Source: Vicugna vicugna (Eukaryota). From it: a stretch of DNA of 20,000 bases. Under the pieces are notes generated by a model that saw nothing but the letters and a program-made list of their open reading frames with translations, was not told the DNA's origin and made no database searches. The position numbers and the translations under genes were made by a program. The number at the start of each line of letters is the position of its first letter. Within the stretch, counting starts at the first letter, position 1. Location: contig MU057552.1 in assembly GCA_013265495.1 (NCBI GenBank), forward strand, positions 143,740 through 163,739. Direction: 5' to 3'. Positions 1-11,924 of this stretch are shown here, one piece after another.

Positions 1-1191
1 CTGAGGATAATAACTAAGTGAAATGAAAAAAAAATCTTCGATATTGTAGCCCAGCCTCTGACAGGAATATTACCTTTAGGGAACACTCCAATATCTTAGG
101 ACGAGGCTTTGTTTGAAAAAGAAAGGAGGTCTCGAGGGAAGATCATCCTTGAACTTCTGGCCCGCAGAGGAATGCTTCACTCAGCCCTACAGATGTGGGC
201 CAAGTGCAGCCCTGATTTCTTCAGGGTTTCAATGGCAAAATTGGTGATTTTCTGTGTTTAGAAATGATTTCTTAATATATACGGAGAAATACATGTTCAA
301 AAACTGAAATCAGCAATATTTTATTATTGTTTTTCTTTTAAAAAAAAAGGCCCTTACAGTGTTAGGAAGGCAAAAAAGTGATAAATAGTTTGGGCTTGAT
401 CTCGAAATTAAAGTACCAGCTGCACTGTCTGGAGGGAAATACGTGGGTGGCAGAACACTGAATATCACCACCACTGCTCTGAATTGTGTTATTAGTCCTT
501 TGCTTTTGGTGGCCTCAACCTCCAGAGGGGTGCAACACCGAATCAGGCATTTTCTCTTGTTCATCTGGCCTCTGTCCAGCTGTGATGGCCGGATCCACAT
601 TTCTGGGCACCAGCGATGAGCTGCTGACCAGATTTCTCTAGCCCTGAGCCTATCGACCTGGCTCCACAGACAGAAGCTTACACGGCAGCTCTGTGTAATA
701 TGTAGGCATAATTATTCATTCTGTTTAACAGAATTCTGAGAGTGTGTGCCCCCCATGGCTTCTTAGCTAGAAAGCTGCAGATGGTCTTTGAAGTACTCTC
801 CTCTCTTCACCGAAAAATAGTTTAGGGCCAAAAGCTGAATATTGATGTCTTTTGCCTAAATTGTCTTTGGCTTCTCCATTGTTTTGTATATTGTTCCAAC
901 CAGAAAAAGGCATCTCAGAAATACAGGGACAAAGTGAAAAGGTAGTATTTTTATAAGGCTCTTGCATGGTAGTTGTTCTCATTACAGTTCATTTTAGGAA
1001 ATGATAGTCACACCACAAATTTCCTACTCTTTGACACAGATTAATTTACACAAAATATAAAGGACAGAGGTATGGGGTGTCTTGGGGATAATCTCCCTGT
1101 ACTCAAAACTATTTGAGCTCTGTTTATTTAATTTTTAAATAGAATTGTTGTATTTAAAATATATGCATTTTAGATACATTTTAAATCTATC

Positions 1192-1270
1192 TTTTTGTTC
1201 GAGGTACTAGTGATGGTACCCAGGACCTTGTGCATGCTAAGTGTGCACTCTACTGCTGAGCTCTACCCCC
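1192..1270 (-). mobile_element. Short tRNA-derived SINE, resembling the camelid Vic-1 family
   Basis: Reverse complement reads GGGGGTAGAGCTCAGCAGTAGAGTGCACACTTAGCATGCACAAGGTCCTGGGTACCATCACTAGTACCTC, with a degenerate Pol III A box (AGAGCTCAGCAG) and B box (GGTACCATCAC), followed by a short A-rich tail. Confidence 0.8.
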
Positions 1271-1761
1271 TAAATATTTTCAGTTAATTTTATTCCATAC
1301 TGGGTAGATTCAAAAGAGTAGAAAATATATTAAAGCTGTCTCCCAGTTTAAGGAAAAGAAAATAACTGTTACCCACAAAGTACTATGTTGAATTTCATCC
1401 TCTCACTTTACACTCTAGAAGTAACAACTACAATAAATACTGATTTTTTAACTTTTTTTATTGAGTTATAGTCATTTTACAATGTTGTGTCAAATTCCAG
1501 TGTAAAGAACAATTTTTCAGTTATAACAGAACATACATATATTCACTGTCATATTATCTTTTGCTGTGAGCACCACAAGATCCTATATATATTTCCCTGT
1601 GCTGCACAGCACAATACTATTTATCTATTCTACATTTTGAAATCCCACTTTGTCCCTTCCTACCCCCGTCCCCCTGGCTACCTCAAGTTTGTACTCTATG
1701 TCTATGAATATATTTCTGTTTTGTATTTATGCTTCGTTTTTGTTGTTGTTGTTGTTGTTTT

Positions 1762-4700
1762 TTAGATTCCACATATAAGTGATTTCATGTGGTATTTTTC
1801 TTTCTCTTGCTGGCTTACTTCACTTAGAATGACATTCTCCAGGTGCAAACACGTTGCTGCAAAAGGCATTACGTTGTCGGTTTTTATGGCTGAGTAGTAT
1901 CCCATTGTATAAATATACTACATCTTCTTTATCCAGTCACCTGTTGATGGATATTTAGGCTGTTTCCATGTCTTCACTATTGTAAATAGTGCTGCTATGA
2001 ACATTGGGGTTCAGGTGTCGTTTTGAAGTAGAGTTCTTTCTGGATATATGTCCAGGAGCGGGATTCCTTGGTCATACAGTAAGTCTATTCCTACTCTTTT
2101 GAGGAACCTCCATACTGTTTTCCACAGTGGCTGCACCAAACTGCATTCCCACCAGCAGTGTAGGAGGGCCCCCCTTTCTCCACAGCCTTTCCATCATTTG
2201 CCATTTGTGGATTTTTGAATGATGGCCATTCTGACTAGCTTGAGGTGATACCTCATTGTAGTTTTGATTTGCATTTCTCTGATAATTAATGATATTGAGT
2301 ATTTTTTCTTGTTCCTATTGATCATTTCTATGTCTTCCTGGGACAATTGCTTGTTGAGGTCTTTTGCCCATTTTTGGATTGTGTTGTTTGATTGTTTCTT
2401 ATTAAGTCATATGAGCTGCTTATATATTCTGGAGATCAAGCCTTTGTTGGTTTCCTTTGCAAAAATTTTCTCCCATTCTGTAGGTCTTTTTGTTTTACTT
2501 ATGGTTTCCTTTGCTGTGCAAAAGCTTGTAAGTTTCATAAGGTCCCATTTGTTTATTCTTGATTTTATTTCTATTGCTTGAGATGACTCTTCTAAGAGAG
2601 CATTTTTGATATGCATGTCAGATAATGTTTTGCCTATATTTTCTTCTAGGAGGTTTATTTTATCTTGTCTTATGTTTAAGTCTTTGATCCATTTTGGGTT
2701 GATTTTTGTGTACAGTGTAAGGGAGCATTCTAGCTTCATTTCTTCACATGTTGCTGTCCAGTTTTCCCAACACCACTTGCTGAAGAGGCTGTCTTTTTTC
2801 CATTGTATATTCTTGCCTCCTTTGTCCAGGTTGAGTTGACCAACTGTTTCTGAGTTCATTTCTGGGCTCTCTATTCTGTTCCATTGATCTACATGTCTGT
2901 TCTTGTACCAATACCATGATGTCTTGATGACTGCAGCTCTGTAGTATTGTGTGAAGTCTAGGAGAGTTATTCCTCCAGGCTCTTCCTTTCTCTTCAGTAA
3001 TGCTTTGGCAATTCTAGGTCTTTGATGGTTCCATATAAATTTTATTATGCTTTGTTCTAGTTCTGTGAAGTATGTTCTGGGTAATTTGATAGGGATTGCA
3101 TTAAATCTGTAGATTGCCTTGGGCAGTGTGACCATTTTCACAATATTGATTCTTCCAATCAAAGAACATGGGATATCTTTCCATTTTTAAGAGTCTTCTT
3201 TAATTTCCTTCATCAATGGTTTATAGTTTTCTGTGTATAATTCTTTCACCTCCTTGGTTATATTTATTACAGTGTATTTTATTACTTTGGGTGCTATTTT
3301 AAAGGGGATTGTTTCTTTAGTTTCTTTTTCTGTTGATTCATCATTAGTGTAAAGAAATGCAACTGATTTTTGAAAGTTAACCTTGTCACCTGCTACCTTG
3401 CTGAATTCTTTAAACACATCTAGTAATTTTTTGTGGACCTTTTAGAGTTTTCTATATATAGTAATGTATCATCGGCATATAATGACACTTTTATGTCTTA
3501 TTTTCCAATTTGGATCCCTTTTACTTCTCTCTCTTTCCTGATTGCTGTGGGCAGGACTTCCAAGACTATATTGAATAAGAATGGTGATATTGGACAACAT
3601 TGTCTTGTCCCAGATTTTAGTGGGAAGCTGTTGTGTTTTTCACCATTGAGTTCTATGCTGGCTGTAGGTTTGTCATATATAGCTTTTATTATGTTGAGAT
3701 ATGTTCCCTCTATACCCACCTGGGTGAGAGTTTTTATCATAAATGGGTATTGAATTTTATCATAAGATCTTTCTGCATCTATTGAGATGATCATGTGGTT
3801 TTTGTCCTTTGTCTTGTTGATGTGATGTATTACATTTATTGGTTTGCATATGTTGAAACATCCTTATGTCCCTGGGATGAACCCCACTTGTTCATGATGT
3901 ATAATCTTTCTTATGTGCTGTTGGATTCTATTTGCTAGTATTTTGGTAAGGATTTTTGCATCTGTGTTCATTAGTGATACTGGTCTATAATTCTCTTTTT
4001 TTGTGGTTTTGATATCAGGGTAATGGTGGTTTTGATATCAGGGTAATGGTGGCTTCATAGAATGAGTTTGGGAGTTTTCCCTGTTTTTCAGTCTTCTGGA
4101 AGAGTTTGAGAAGGACTGGTATGAGTTCTTTGTATGTGTGGGAGAATTCCCTGGTGAAGCCTTCCGGTCCTGGAATTTTATTAGTAGGGAGGTTTTCTAT
4201 TGCTAATATGATTTCATTTCTAGTGATTGCTTTGTTCAAGTGGTCAGTTTCTTCTTGATTGAGTCCTGGTAGACTGTATGTTTCCAGAAACTTGTCCATC
4301 TCTTGTATGTTATCCATTTTGGTTCCATACATTTTTCATTATATTCTTGTATGATATTCTGTATTTCTATGATATTTTTTGTAATTTCTCCATTTTCCTT
4401 TCCTATTTTGCTTATTTGTGCTCTTTATTTTTTCTTTGTGAGTTTGACCAGAGGTTTGTGGATTTTATTTACTCTTTCAAAAAAGCAGCTTTTGGTTTGA
4501 TTGACATTTTTCTGCTTTTTTAAAATCTCTATTTTATTTATTTCCTCCCTGATCTTTATTATTTCCTTCCTTCCGCTGACTTTTGGGTGTTTTTGCTCTT
4601 CTTTTTCTTGTTCTTTTAACTGGTGGATTAGACTGTTTTTTCTTCTTTTATGAGGAAGGCCTGCATCACCCTAAACTTCCCTCTTAGCACTGACATTGCT

Positions 4701-5556
4701 GCATCCCATAAGTTGTGTGTGGTTGTGTTTTCATTTTCATTTGTCTCAGGGTATTTTTTAATTTCAACTTTGATTTCCTCATTGACCCATTTTTTTTAAT
4801 AGCATGTTGTTTAATCTCCATGCTTTCCTTTTTTTCTTCTTTGTTTCTCTGTAGTTGATTTCTAGTTTCATGGCATCGTGGTCAGTAAAGATGCCTGAGA
4901 TAATTTCTATCTTAAAATACTTGAGGCTTCTTTTGTGCCCAAGTACATGATCAATCCTAGAAAATGTTTCATGCACACTTGAAAAGAATTTGTATCCTAT
5001 TGTTGGGGGGCATAATGCTCTGAAAATATCCACTAAATCTAATTTTTCTATTGTACCATTTAGTTTCTCTGTTACCTTATTTATTTTCTGTCTGGAAGAT
5101 CTGTCTAGTGATGATAATGCGGTGTTAAAATTTCTGACAATGATTGTATTCCCATCAATATCCCCCTTATCTCTGTTAGTAGTTCTTTTAAGTACTTAGG
5201 TTCTCCTATTTTGGGTGCATATATATTGATGATTATAATATCCTCATCTTGTATTACTCATTTAATCTTTATAAAATGTCCTTATTTAACTTTATGGCCC
5301 TTGTTTTAAAGTGCATTTTGTCTGAAATCAGTACTGTTACACCTGCTCTTTTGGCTTTTCCATTTGCATGGAATATCCTGTTCCATCCTTTCACTCTCAA
5401 TCTATATGTGTCCTTCTCCCAAAAGTGTGTCTGTTTTATGCAGCATATTGAAAGTTCTTGCTTTATTATCCAGTCTGCCACTCTACATCTTTTGACTGGA
5501 GCATTTAGTTCATTAAAATTTACTGTAATTAATAATAGATCAGTGTTTATTTGTAT
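1762..5556 (-). pseudogene. Decayed L1 ORF2 (endonuclease / reverse transcriptase), broken by frameshifts and stops
   Basis: Start-equivalent position at about 5556 (ATA CAA ATA AAC ACT, aligning to the MAINT-type N-terminus with ATG lost). Ends ...EKYHMKSLICGI* with stop at 1764-1762. Span about 3.8 kb, as expected for full ORF2, but split into many short ORFs in different frames. Confidence 0.92.
4003..4052 (+). repeat. 23-bp perfect tandem duplication inside L1 ORF2
   Basis: GTGGTTTTGATATCAGGGTAATG at 4003-4025 and 4026-4048, followed by GTGG. Confidence 0.95.
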
Positions 5557-5824
5557 TTTGAACTTATTTTTGCATTTGATTTGGTATTTCCTCTTTGCTC
5601 CATTCTTCTTCCTTTTGTGGCTTGGCAATTTTCTTTTGTATTATCTTGGATTGTGTTTAGTTTTTGTGAGTCCCTTGTAAGTTTTTGACTTGTGGTTACC
5701 CTTTTTTGTAAGTCTATTAACTTATTACTGTAACTGTGTGTACTAAATAGATAGTAATATAATCTCAAACCCATCCTACAGAGATTAAAAAAAATTTTAC
5801 ACAAAAGAAAGAAAAGAAAATACT

Positions 5825-6652
5825 CAGAGAAATGCAAATCAAAACTACAATGAGGTATCACCTCACACCATCAGAATGGCCTCATTCAGAAATCCATGAA
5901 TGACAAATGTTGGAGAAGCTGTGGAGAAAGGGGAACCCTTCAATACTGCTGGTGGGAATGCAGTTTGATGCAGCCACTATGGAAAACTGTGGAGATTCCT
6001 CAAAAGACTAGGAATAGACTTAACATATGACCAAGGAATCCCACTTCTGGGCTTGTATCCAGAAGGAAATCTACTTCAGGATGACACCTGCACCCCAATG
6101 TTCATAGCAGCACTATTTACAAAAGCCAAAGCATGGAAACAGTCTAAATGTCCATCAACAGGTGACTGGATAAAGAAGATGTGGTATATTTATACAATGG
6201 AATACTACTTATCCATAAAAACTGACAACATAATGCCATTTGCAGCAACGTGTTTGCACCTGGAGAATGTCATTCTAAGTGAAGTAAGCCAGAAAGAGAA
6301 ATGAAAATACCATATGAGATCGCTCATTTGTGGAATCTTAAAACAAAAACAAAAACAAACAAACAAACAAAAACAAAGCATAAATACAGGACAGAAATAG
6401 ACTAACAGACAGAGAATACAGACTTGTGGTTACCAGGGGGGTGGAGGGTGGGAAGGGATAGATTGGGATTTCAAAATTGTAGAATAGATAAACAAGATTA
6501 CACTGTATAGCACAGAGAAATATACACTCACAGAGAATGTGACAGTGAATGTGTATATGTCCATGAATGAGTGAATAATTGTGCTGAACACTGGAATTTG
6601 ACGCAACATTGTAAAATGATTATAAACCAATAAAAATGTTAAAAGAAAAGAG
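5825..6652 (+). mobile_element. 5'-truncated LINE-1 3' end nested in the host L1 in opposite orientation
   Basis: Encodes ORF2 C-terminal motifs (CTPMFIAALFTKAK.WKQ.KCPS, WIKKMWYIYTMEYY). Has 3'UTR, AATAAA at 6629-6634 and an A-rich tail. Flanked by a 12-bp direct repeat AAAGAAAATACT (5813-5824 and 6653-6664). Confidence 0.95.
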
Positions 6653-6664
6653 AAAGAAAATACT

Positions 6665-7308
6665 TCATATTTTCTTGCTTCCCTTTCCCACTCTTAAAGA
6701 TTTAGAAGTCCTCTTTTACAATTTTGTTTTTATTGCATTTGTAAAGCATGGTGGTTATCACCTTTCTGGTTATGAGTTTCTCATTTTTGTAGCATCCTGC
6801 TTCTTTTCTATTTAGAGCAGACTTATCAATTTTTTTTTATCATGGGTTTAATGTTGATAAACTCTTTGAGTTTTTGCTTGTCTGTGAAGATCTTTATCTC
6901 TCCTTCTATTCTAAATGATTGCTTTGCTGGATATAGTATTCTAGGCTGCATTTTTTTTTCATTCAGGACTTTCAATATATCTTGCCACTCCCTTCTGGCC
7001 TGTAGTGTTTGTGTAGAGAAATCTGCTGAGAGCCTTAAGGGGTTCCATTGTAACTCTCTCTTTGTTTTCCTCTTGCCTGAAGGCATTTAGGATCATTTCT
7101 CTATCCTTGACTCTGGCCAACTTGATTAGGATATGTCTTGGTGTGTGTCTGTTTGTGTTCTCCCTGTTTGGCACCCTCTGATCCTCCTGAACTTGGATAT
7201 CTGATTCCTTCTTTAGGTTTGGGAAGGTTTCAGTCATACTTTCTTCAAATACCTTTTCATTCCCCTTTGTTCTTTCTTCCCCTTCTGGAGCCCCTATTAT
7301 GTATAGAT
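6665..7308 (-). mobile_element. LINE-1 host element continued: inter-ORF spacer and C-terminal half of ORF1
   Basis: Minus-strand ORFs give ORF1p RRM/CTD motifs: TPRHILIKL, RLSADFSTQTLQARREWQDILKVL, QPRILYPAK.SFRIEGEIK.FTDKQKLKEF. Confidence 0.93.
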
Positions 7309-7589
7309 TTTTTAAAAATTTTTTATTGATTTATAATCATTTTACAATGTTGTGTCAAATTCCAGTGTTCAGCACAATTTTTCAGTCATTCATGGTCATA
7401 TACACACTCATTGTCACTTTTTTTCTCCGTGAGTTATCATAACATTTTGTGTATATATCCCTGTGCTATACAGTGTAATCTTGTTTATCTATTCTACAAT
7501 TTTGAAATCCCAGTCTATCCCTTCCCACCCTCCACCCCCCTGGTAACCACAAGTCTGTATACTCTGTGAGTCTATTTCTGTCCTGTATC
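7309..7589 (-). mobile_element. Short LINE-1 3'UTR/polyA fragment abutting the truncated 5' end of the host L1
   Basis: T-rich tail, then TTTTATTGATTTATAATCATTTTACAATGTTGTGTCAAATTCCAGTG; a close reverse-complement match to about 6384-6640. Confidence 0.92.
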
Positions 7590-8020
7590 CATTTTTAATT
7601 AGGAAGAAGAGCATGTTCCATTTACCACCTGGGGAAAGTGTATACCTATAACACTTTATGCAAGTGCTCTTTTTCTGGGTAAGAACCTGCCACAGACTTT
7701 TTAAAATCTAATGTGAAATGCTGAGAAAACTGAAAGTCAAGCTGGGAACTATGTAGTCTCATAGAGGAAGCTGTTTCCGGAGAACATCTGTGCCAACACA
7801 GGGAGCCACTCTGGAAGTTCCACAGTGTCTTCTGCTCACAGTGCTTCCCCCAATTCTTTTCACCTCATTTGTTCAAGTCAGATCAGTGGTTTAGGATTCT
7901 TCAGGGTCTGATTAAGAGAACAGAACGAGGCACTAAGAATTCTAAAATTTTCCAAGAGTAACAACAAAGGTAAAATGTCTAAGAATAGCCTAACCAAAGG
8001 ATAATAGGAACTATCAAAAT

Positions 8021-8067
8021 AAATACATACATACATACATACATACATACATACTTGCATACATACT
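8021..8067 (+). repeat. (TACA)n microsatellite
   Basis: About eight consecutive TACA units, then an interrupted continuation. Confidence 0.95.
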
Positions 8068-8842
8068 ACTGAAAGACATAAAAGATACTATAAACACATG
8101 ATTCTAGATTAAAAGACCATATCTCCAAAATATCAGAACTTATAAAATTGACTTGGGGTTTATTGTGAATAAAATCATATTAGTAATATAATAATAAGAT
8201 AATGACAGTTTCACTAGCTCAAGAATAGCCAGATTAGAGAATAGGACAGGAAGTCCAAATATGGGCTCTGATATCAATAATAATTTAATATGCAAGATGG
8301 AAGGAATTACAAATCAGGGAGGTAAATAAAGGTTATTCAATAAATGGAATACTTATTAGCTATTTGGGGGAAAATGTAAATATTGAAATCATACAGTGAA
8401 TTATATATTGTGACAAATTCCAGAAACATTTAAAAAAGTAACACAATTAGAAAAATACTAGAAATAAATATGGATGAATATACAACCTCTAGATGTGTAA
8501 TAAAATTCAGAGGAAAATATATAAAGATTTCCATGCCTCAGAAGCATCCTAAGTTTAAACAAAACACCAGAGGATGTTATTTGTTAACAAATCTGACAAG
8601 GGACTAATTCCTTCAATACATAGAGAGTTCAGATCACTTCAAAGATAACACCAAAAAAATCTCAGAAGCGGAGAAGTCAAAGATGAACACACATTCACAA
8701 AGGAAATAAGTAGATGTCAGGCTCCAATGTAATTCAGTCAGTGCACATCAAAATGAAATAGTTTTCCACCTCTTAAGTGACATAGCTCTGTTTGAGGATG
8801 AAGTGCCAGTAATCACCAATCCCATGCCTAGGCTGCTGGATA

Positions 8843-8893
8843 TTTTTTGTGAAGTATGGTTGATTTACAGTGCTGTATTAGTTTCCGGTGTAC
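8843..8893 (-). mobile_element. Very short L1 3'-tail fragment
   Basis: TTTTTTGTGAAGTATGGTTGATTTACAGTGCTGTATTAGTTTCCGGTGTAC resembles the L1 terminal motif also seen at 18696-18752. Confidence 0.6.
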
Positions 8894-9334
8894 TCCTCCA
8901 GCCTTCTTAGAAAGCAGTCTGGCAGTTCATCTCAAGAGTCAAAAATATTCATATGCTTTAATCCACTAATTCAGCTTTGAAAAACTTTTAATCAGGAAGT
9001 ATTTCAAAAAGGCAGGGAAAAGTCAGTATGGATGTAAGTCACAGGCATATTTTTATATGTATATATATAAAATCTTAGCCAAAATATTCTTCCAACCCTT
9101 CACATAGTAAAATATTATGAAACCATGAAAAAGTGTGTCCATGAAAATATTTTATGACATGTCAAAGTGTTATGCTTATGATAGGCTTGAGAATAAAATT
9201 AATATATAAAATGATTTTTAATATACAAACAATGAACAGTCCTGAAGGAATTATATCTATATGTAGAAGAATTTTTCTTATTTTATTTTTTATTCATTTT
9301 CAGAGTTGGAGTCTTTTGATTGTATATGACAAAA

Positions 9335-9877
9335 TCAATCTCCAATGTATTTAAACAACAACCAAAAAATGGGGATGGATGGTATTTATTGGTTCCTGTA
9401 AATGAAAACCTCAGGTCTGAGGTCTGGCTTCAGTCAAGGAGAGATACTGTAGCCCATATGATGTCAAGGGCTGGTTTTGTCCTGTCTTCATTCTGTGTCC
9501 AAGGGTGTCTCAGCATGCTGCTTCTAGGCACACAGCATCCCAGATCACACATCCATCCAAGCCAAGAGAGGTCTCTTTTGGCAGCTTCCTGTCTTGATAG
9601 AGGAAGCTCATCATTCACATGGGCACCAGCACGTATCTCCTGACAACAGTGGCTCTTAATGAGTTATTTGCCAATTCTCAAATCATGTGCGAGGCCAATG
9701 AGGGGTATTATTTGTCTTAAACCAACTAAGATCTACCTCTGGTGCTTCAGAAAGAGTGGGTCAATCAAGCTTAAATCACAGGACTAAATATAGAAGGGAG
9801 GTTATTTATCCTAAAGCAAAATCTGGGTCCTCTTCTAAGACTGGGGACAGATCCAGGACAGCAGTTCTGTCCACTAC
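9335..9877. mobile_element. Ancient ERVL/MaLR-type solo LTR (MLT1/LTR33-like)
   Basis: Motifs GTATTTATTGGTTCCTGTAAATGAAAA..GGCTTCAG near the start and CTGTCCACTAC at the end; about 540 bp. Subfamily not resolvable by eye. Confidence 0.55.
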
Positions 9878-10082
9878 TGAGTACTTTCAAATTTTCTTTA
9901 ATGAGCAAATATTAAAATTATGATCAGAATAGATGATATGTAAGAAGAAACTTGAGGAAGGAGAATGGAAAGCTTTCCTGTTTCTTAAGAAATACTGAAC
10001 CCATTAAGTGCTTGGAAGGATAATGGAAATGTGTCCAGTTTGTAAATGTTCTGAAATGAATCAGAATTGATTTCACACACCA

Positions 10083-10320
10083 TGTAGGAGGCAGTGCTCT
10101 ACAGTTAGTGTGTCTTTGGGCTCTTTGGGTATTTCAGTTCTTTCACTTAATAGTTGCTTCATTTGGGGCAAATTGCATCATCTCCCAGTGGCTCTATTTC
10201 CTCATATGTAAAAGAGATATAACGTTACCTTCCCCACAGGGCGATTGTGAGGATTTAGAAAAATAGATGTGTGCTGAAGCAATAGTAAGCATTTAAAGAA
10301 TTTTAACTATTATGATTATT
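10083..10320 (+). mobile_element. MIR SINE
   Basis: Core GGGGCAAATTGCAT..CTCTATTTCCTCATATGTAAAA..ACCTTCCCCACAGGGCGATTGTGAGGATTTA and a TATTATGATTATT tail. Confidence 0.8.
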
Positions 10321-10628
10321 AATACATAATTAAAAAATTTATTATGCAGACTTTTTAAAAATGCGTAGTATTTAAATGGCCTATATGTGGTGTACAAGAG
10401 AGGAAGGCTTAATGTAAATTCTACAATACATTTTTCTCAGCCTTAACTAATTTTCACATTTAATCACACACACACACCAAAAAGTTATTCCTTTCACAAG
10501 GATGAAGTCTTAACTGTGAAGAAAAGGATAATGAAAGAGAGTAGAGGAGGAAATAAAATGCTTTCTCTACAAACTCATGGCTTAACAACTAAGAAAAACA
10601 CCTTTTTAAGACTTTGGTCACCATATTC

Positions 10629-10850
10629 ATAGCTAATACTTAGGCAGAGTTTTTCACATGCCTGTGGTTAATGTTCTAATTGTTTTCACAATTCGTACAT
10701 CACTGACTCATCACAATAATCTTATAAATTGCTATTATTATCCCCCCATTATATGGGTGAGGATATTGAAGCCCCTAGAGGTTAAGAAATTTGCACAAGG
10801 CCCCACAGCTAGCATTGGAGTTGGGATCCAGATGCAGGAGTGTGGCTCCA
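10629..10850 (-). mobile_element. MIR SINE
   Basis: CCCCATTATATGGGTGAGGATATTGAAGCCCCTAGAGGTTAAGAAATTTGCACAAGGCCCCACAGCTAG matches the reverse MIR core. Confidence 0.85.
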
Positions 10851-11574
10851 GGAGGGGTTGTAAACACTCCCTCTGCTCTCCCCTGCAGGTGCAAGCCAGC
10901 CTCCCGCTGTTACTGTAAATAACATGATGTGGTTCACTGTCTTGAAATTCACATTCTTTGTAGCTTTCTCTCTGGGGAAGCCATCAGAAACAGCCAGGGA
11001 CACTGAGTACATGCTTCTGGACTATGACCAAGAAGGTAGATGGAAGGAAAACAGTTTAAAAATGGGATCTTTAATGTGCATTCTTCAGTGGTCAGAAAAA
11101 TCCTGCCTAGTGAGGAGCTGAAGCCCTATCAGCCACGTGCAGATTATGCTTCAGACACCCCCGTTGCCCTTGGGTCCACACAGTCAGAACTACAGTGGAT
11201 CAGGGAAATGAATCTTGTGCAAATGCAGGGAGTATGAATACCTGCCATTTTAAGATCTCAAGGAGTATGAAAAGCATGTGAAGCTTTCATCAGCAGAGAC
11301 CTGCTGTCACTTCCAGTATTTCCCTCATGGCATGTCCGCAGATTCACTGGTCCTTTTCAGAATGAAGACGACAGCTAGCACCTGCTGACCCCTGAATCAG
11401 TGATAGCTTCTCCCTTGAAAGGAAGCATATCCCCTTCATGGGTTACAACTAGTTCATAACGTAAGTAATTCTATAGATGTAGAAGGGATATTTTCATTGG
11501 TTCTGCTATCACAGAATTGTCTCAAAAAGAACATGCCACCAGTTACTCCATTGTCACCCATTTAAAGATATACT

Positions 11575-11700
11575 TAACAGGCTTCCTTTTTTAGTGCAGT
11601 TTTAGGTTTACAGAAAAATTCACAGAAAGTGGAGTTCCAATATACACCCTATGCCCTGCACACAGCTGCTCCTGCTGTCAGCATGTTACATTAGTGGATG
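11575..11700 (-). mobile_element. Old L1 (L1MC-like) 3' end fragment
   Basis: TTTTTTAGTGCAGTTTTAGGTTTACAGAAAAATT..GAGTTCCAATATACACCC terminal motif. Confidence 0.7.
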
Positions 11701-11924
11701 CACTCATTCTTTTAGGCATCCTTCATTCCTCCTCCCCTAAAGTTTAACATGCCTGATATTCACATCTCTTGCGGCATTTATGTGCGATTTACATCACTTC
11801 TCATGTTTACATGAGGTTTACAGCACATGCATGTTGTCTGTTCAAGCGTGGGTTGGGGGCAAGTTTTCTGTGTAAAAATACGATCATTAGTGAGTCTCAT
11901 TCTGCTGGGTTTTTGGGTTGTCAG

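Larger units (their letters stand above)
1444..5824 (-). mobile_element. LINE-1 host element, 3' part (3'UTR, ORF2 and part of the inter-ORF spacer)
   Basis: Poly(T) and TTTATT at 1444-1462 are the polyA tail and signal on the minus strand. Minus-strand ORF fragments translate to typical L1 ORF2 segments: endonuclease (ITVNFNELNAPVKRCRVADWI, TFSRIDHVLGHK), RT ([33 protein letters not shown]) and C-terminal region ([26 protein letters not shown]). Confidence 0.97.
7940..9310 (+). mobile_element. Ancient, heavily decayed L1 (L1M/L1ME-type) ORF2 3' region and 3'UTR
   Basis: A-rich strand bias with degenerate L1 motifs such as TAATTTAATATGCAAGATGGAAGGAATTACAAATCAGGGAGG..TTATTCAATAAATGG (8281-8346) and AGAAAGCAGTCTGGCAG..ATATGCTTTAATCCACTAATTC (8909-8970). 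Boundaries approximate. Confidence 0.6.

Noticed and set aside
545..710. Candidate exon after a pyrimidine tract ending CCAG at 568
   Set aside because: No recognisable anoctamin or other protein match and no convincing donor site.
1201..1270. Functional tRNA gene
   Set aside because: Degenerate B box, poor acceptor-stem pairing and an A-rich tail indicate a SINE copy.
2407..3162. 251-aa ORF as a functional gene or active retrotransposon
   Set aside because: It is one fragment of an ORF2 broken by many frameshifts; the element lacks its 5'UTR and start codon and is interrupted.
1487..7329. Plus-strand hydrophobic ORFs (for example 2264-2581, 3433-3753, 5249-5680)
   Set aside because: They are antisense shadow frames of T-rich L1 sequence, not membrane proteins.
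11417..11468. Possible upstream ANO6 exon (ERKHIPF resembling EEERIPF, near a gtaagt)
   Set aside because: Similarity is limited to a few codons, there is no AG acceptor at the right position, and the following residues do not match.
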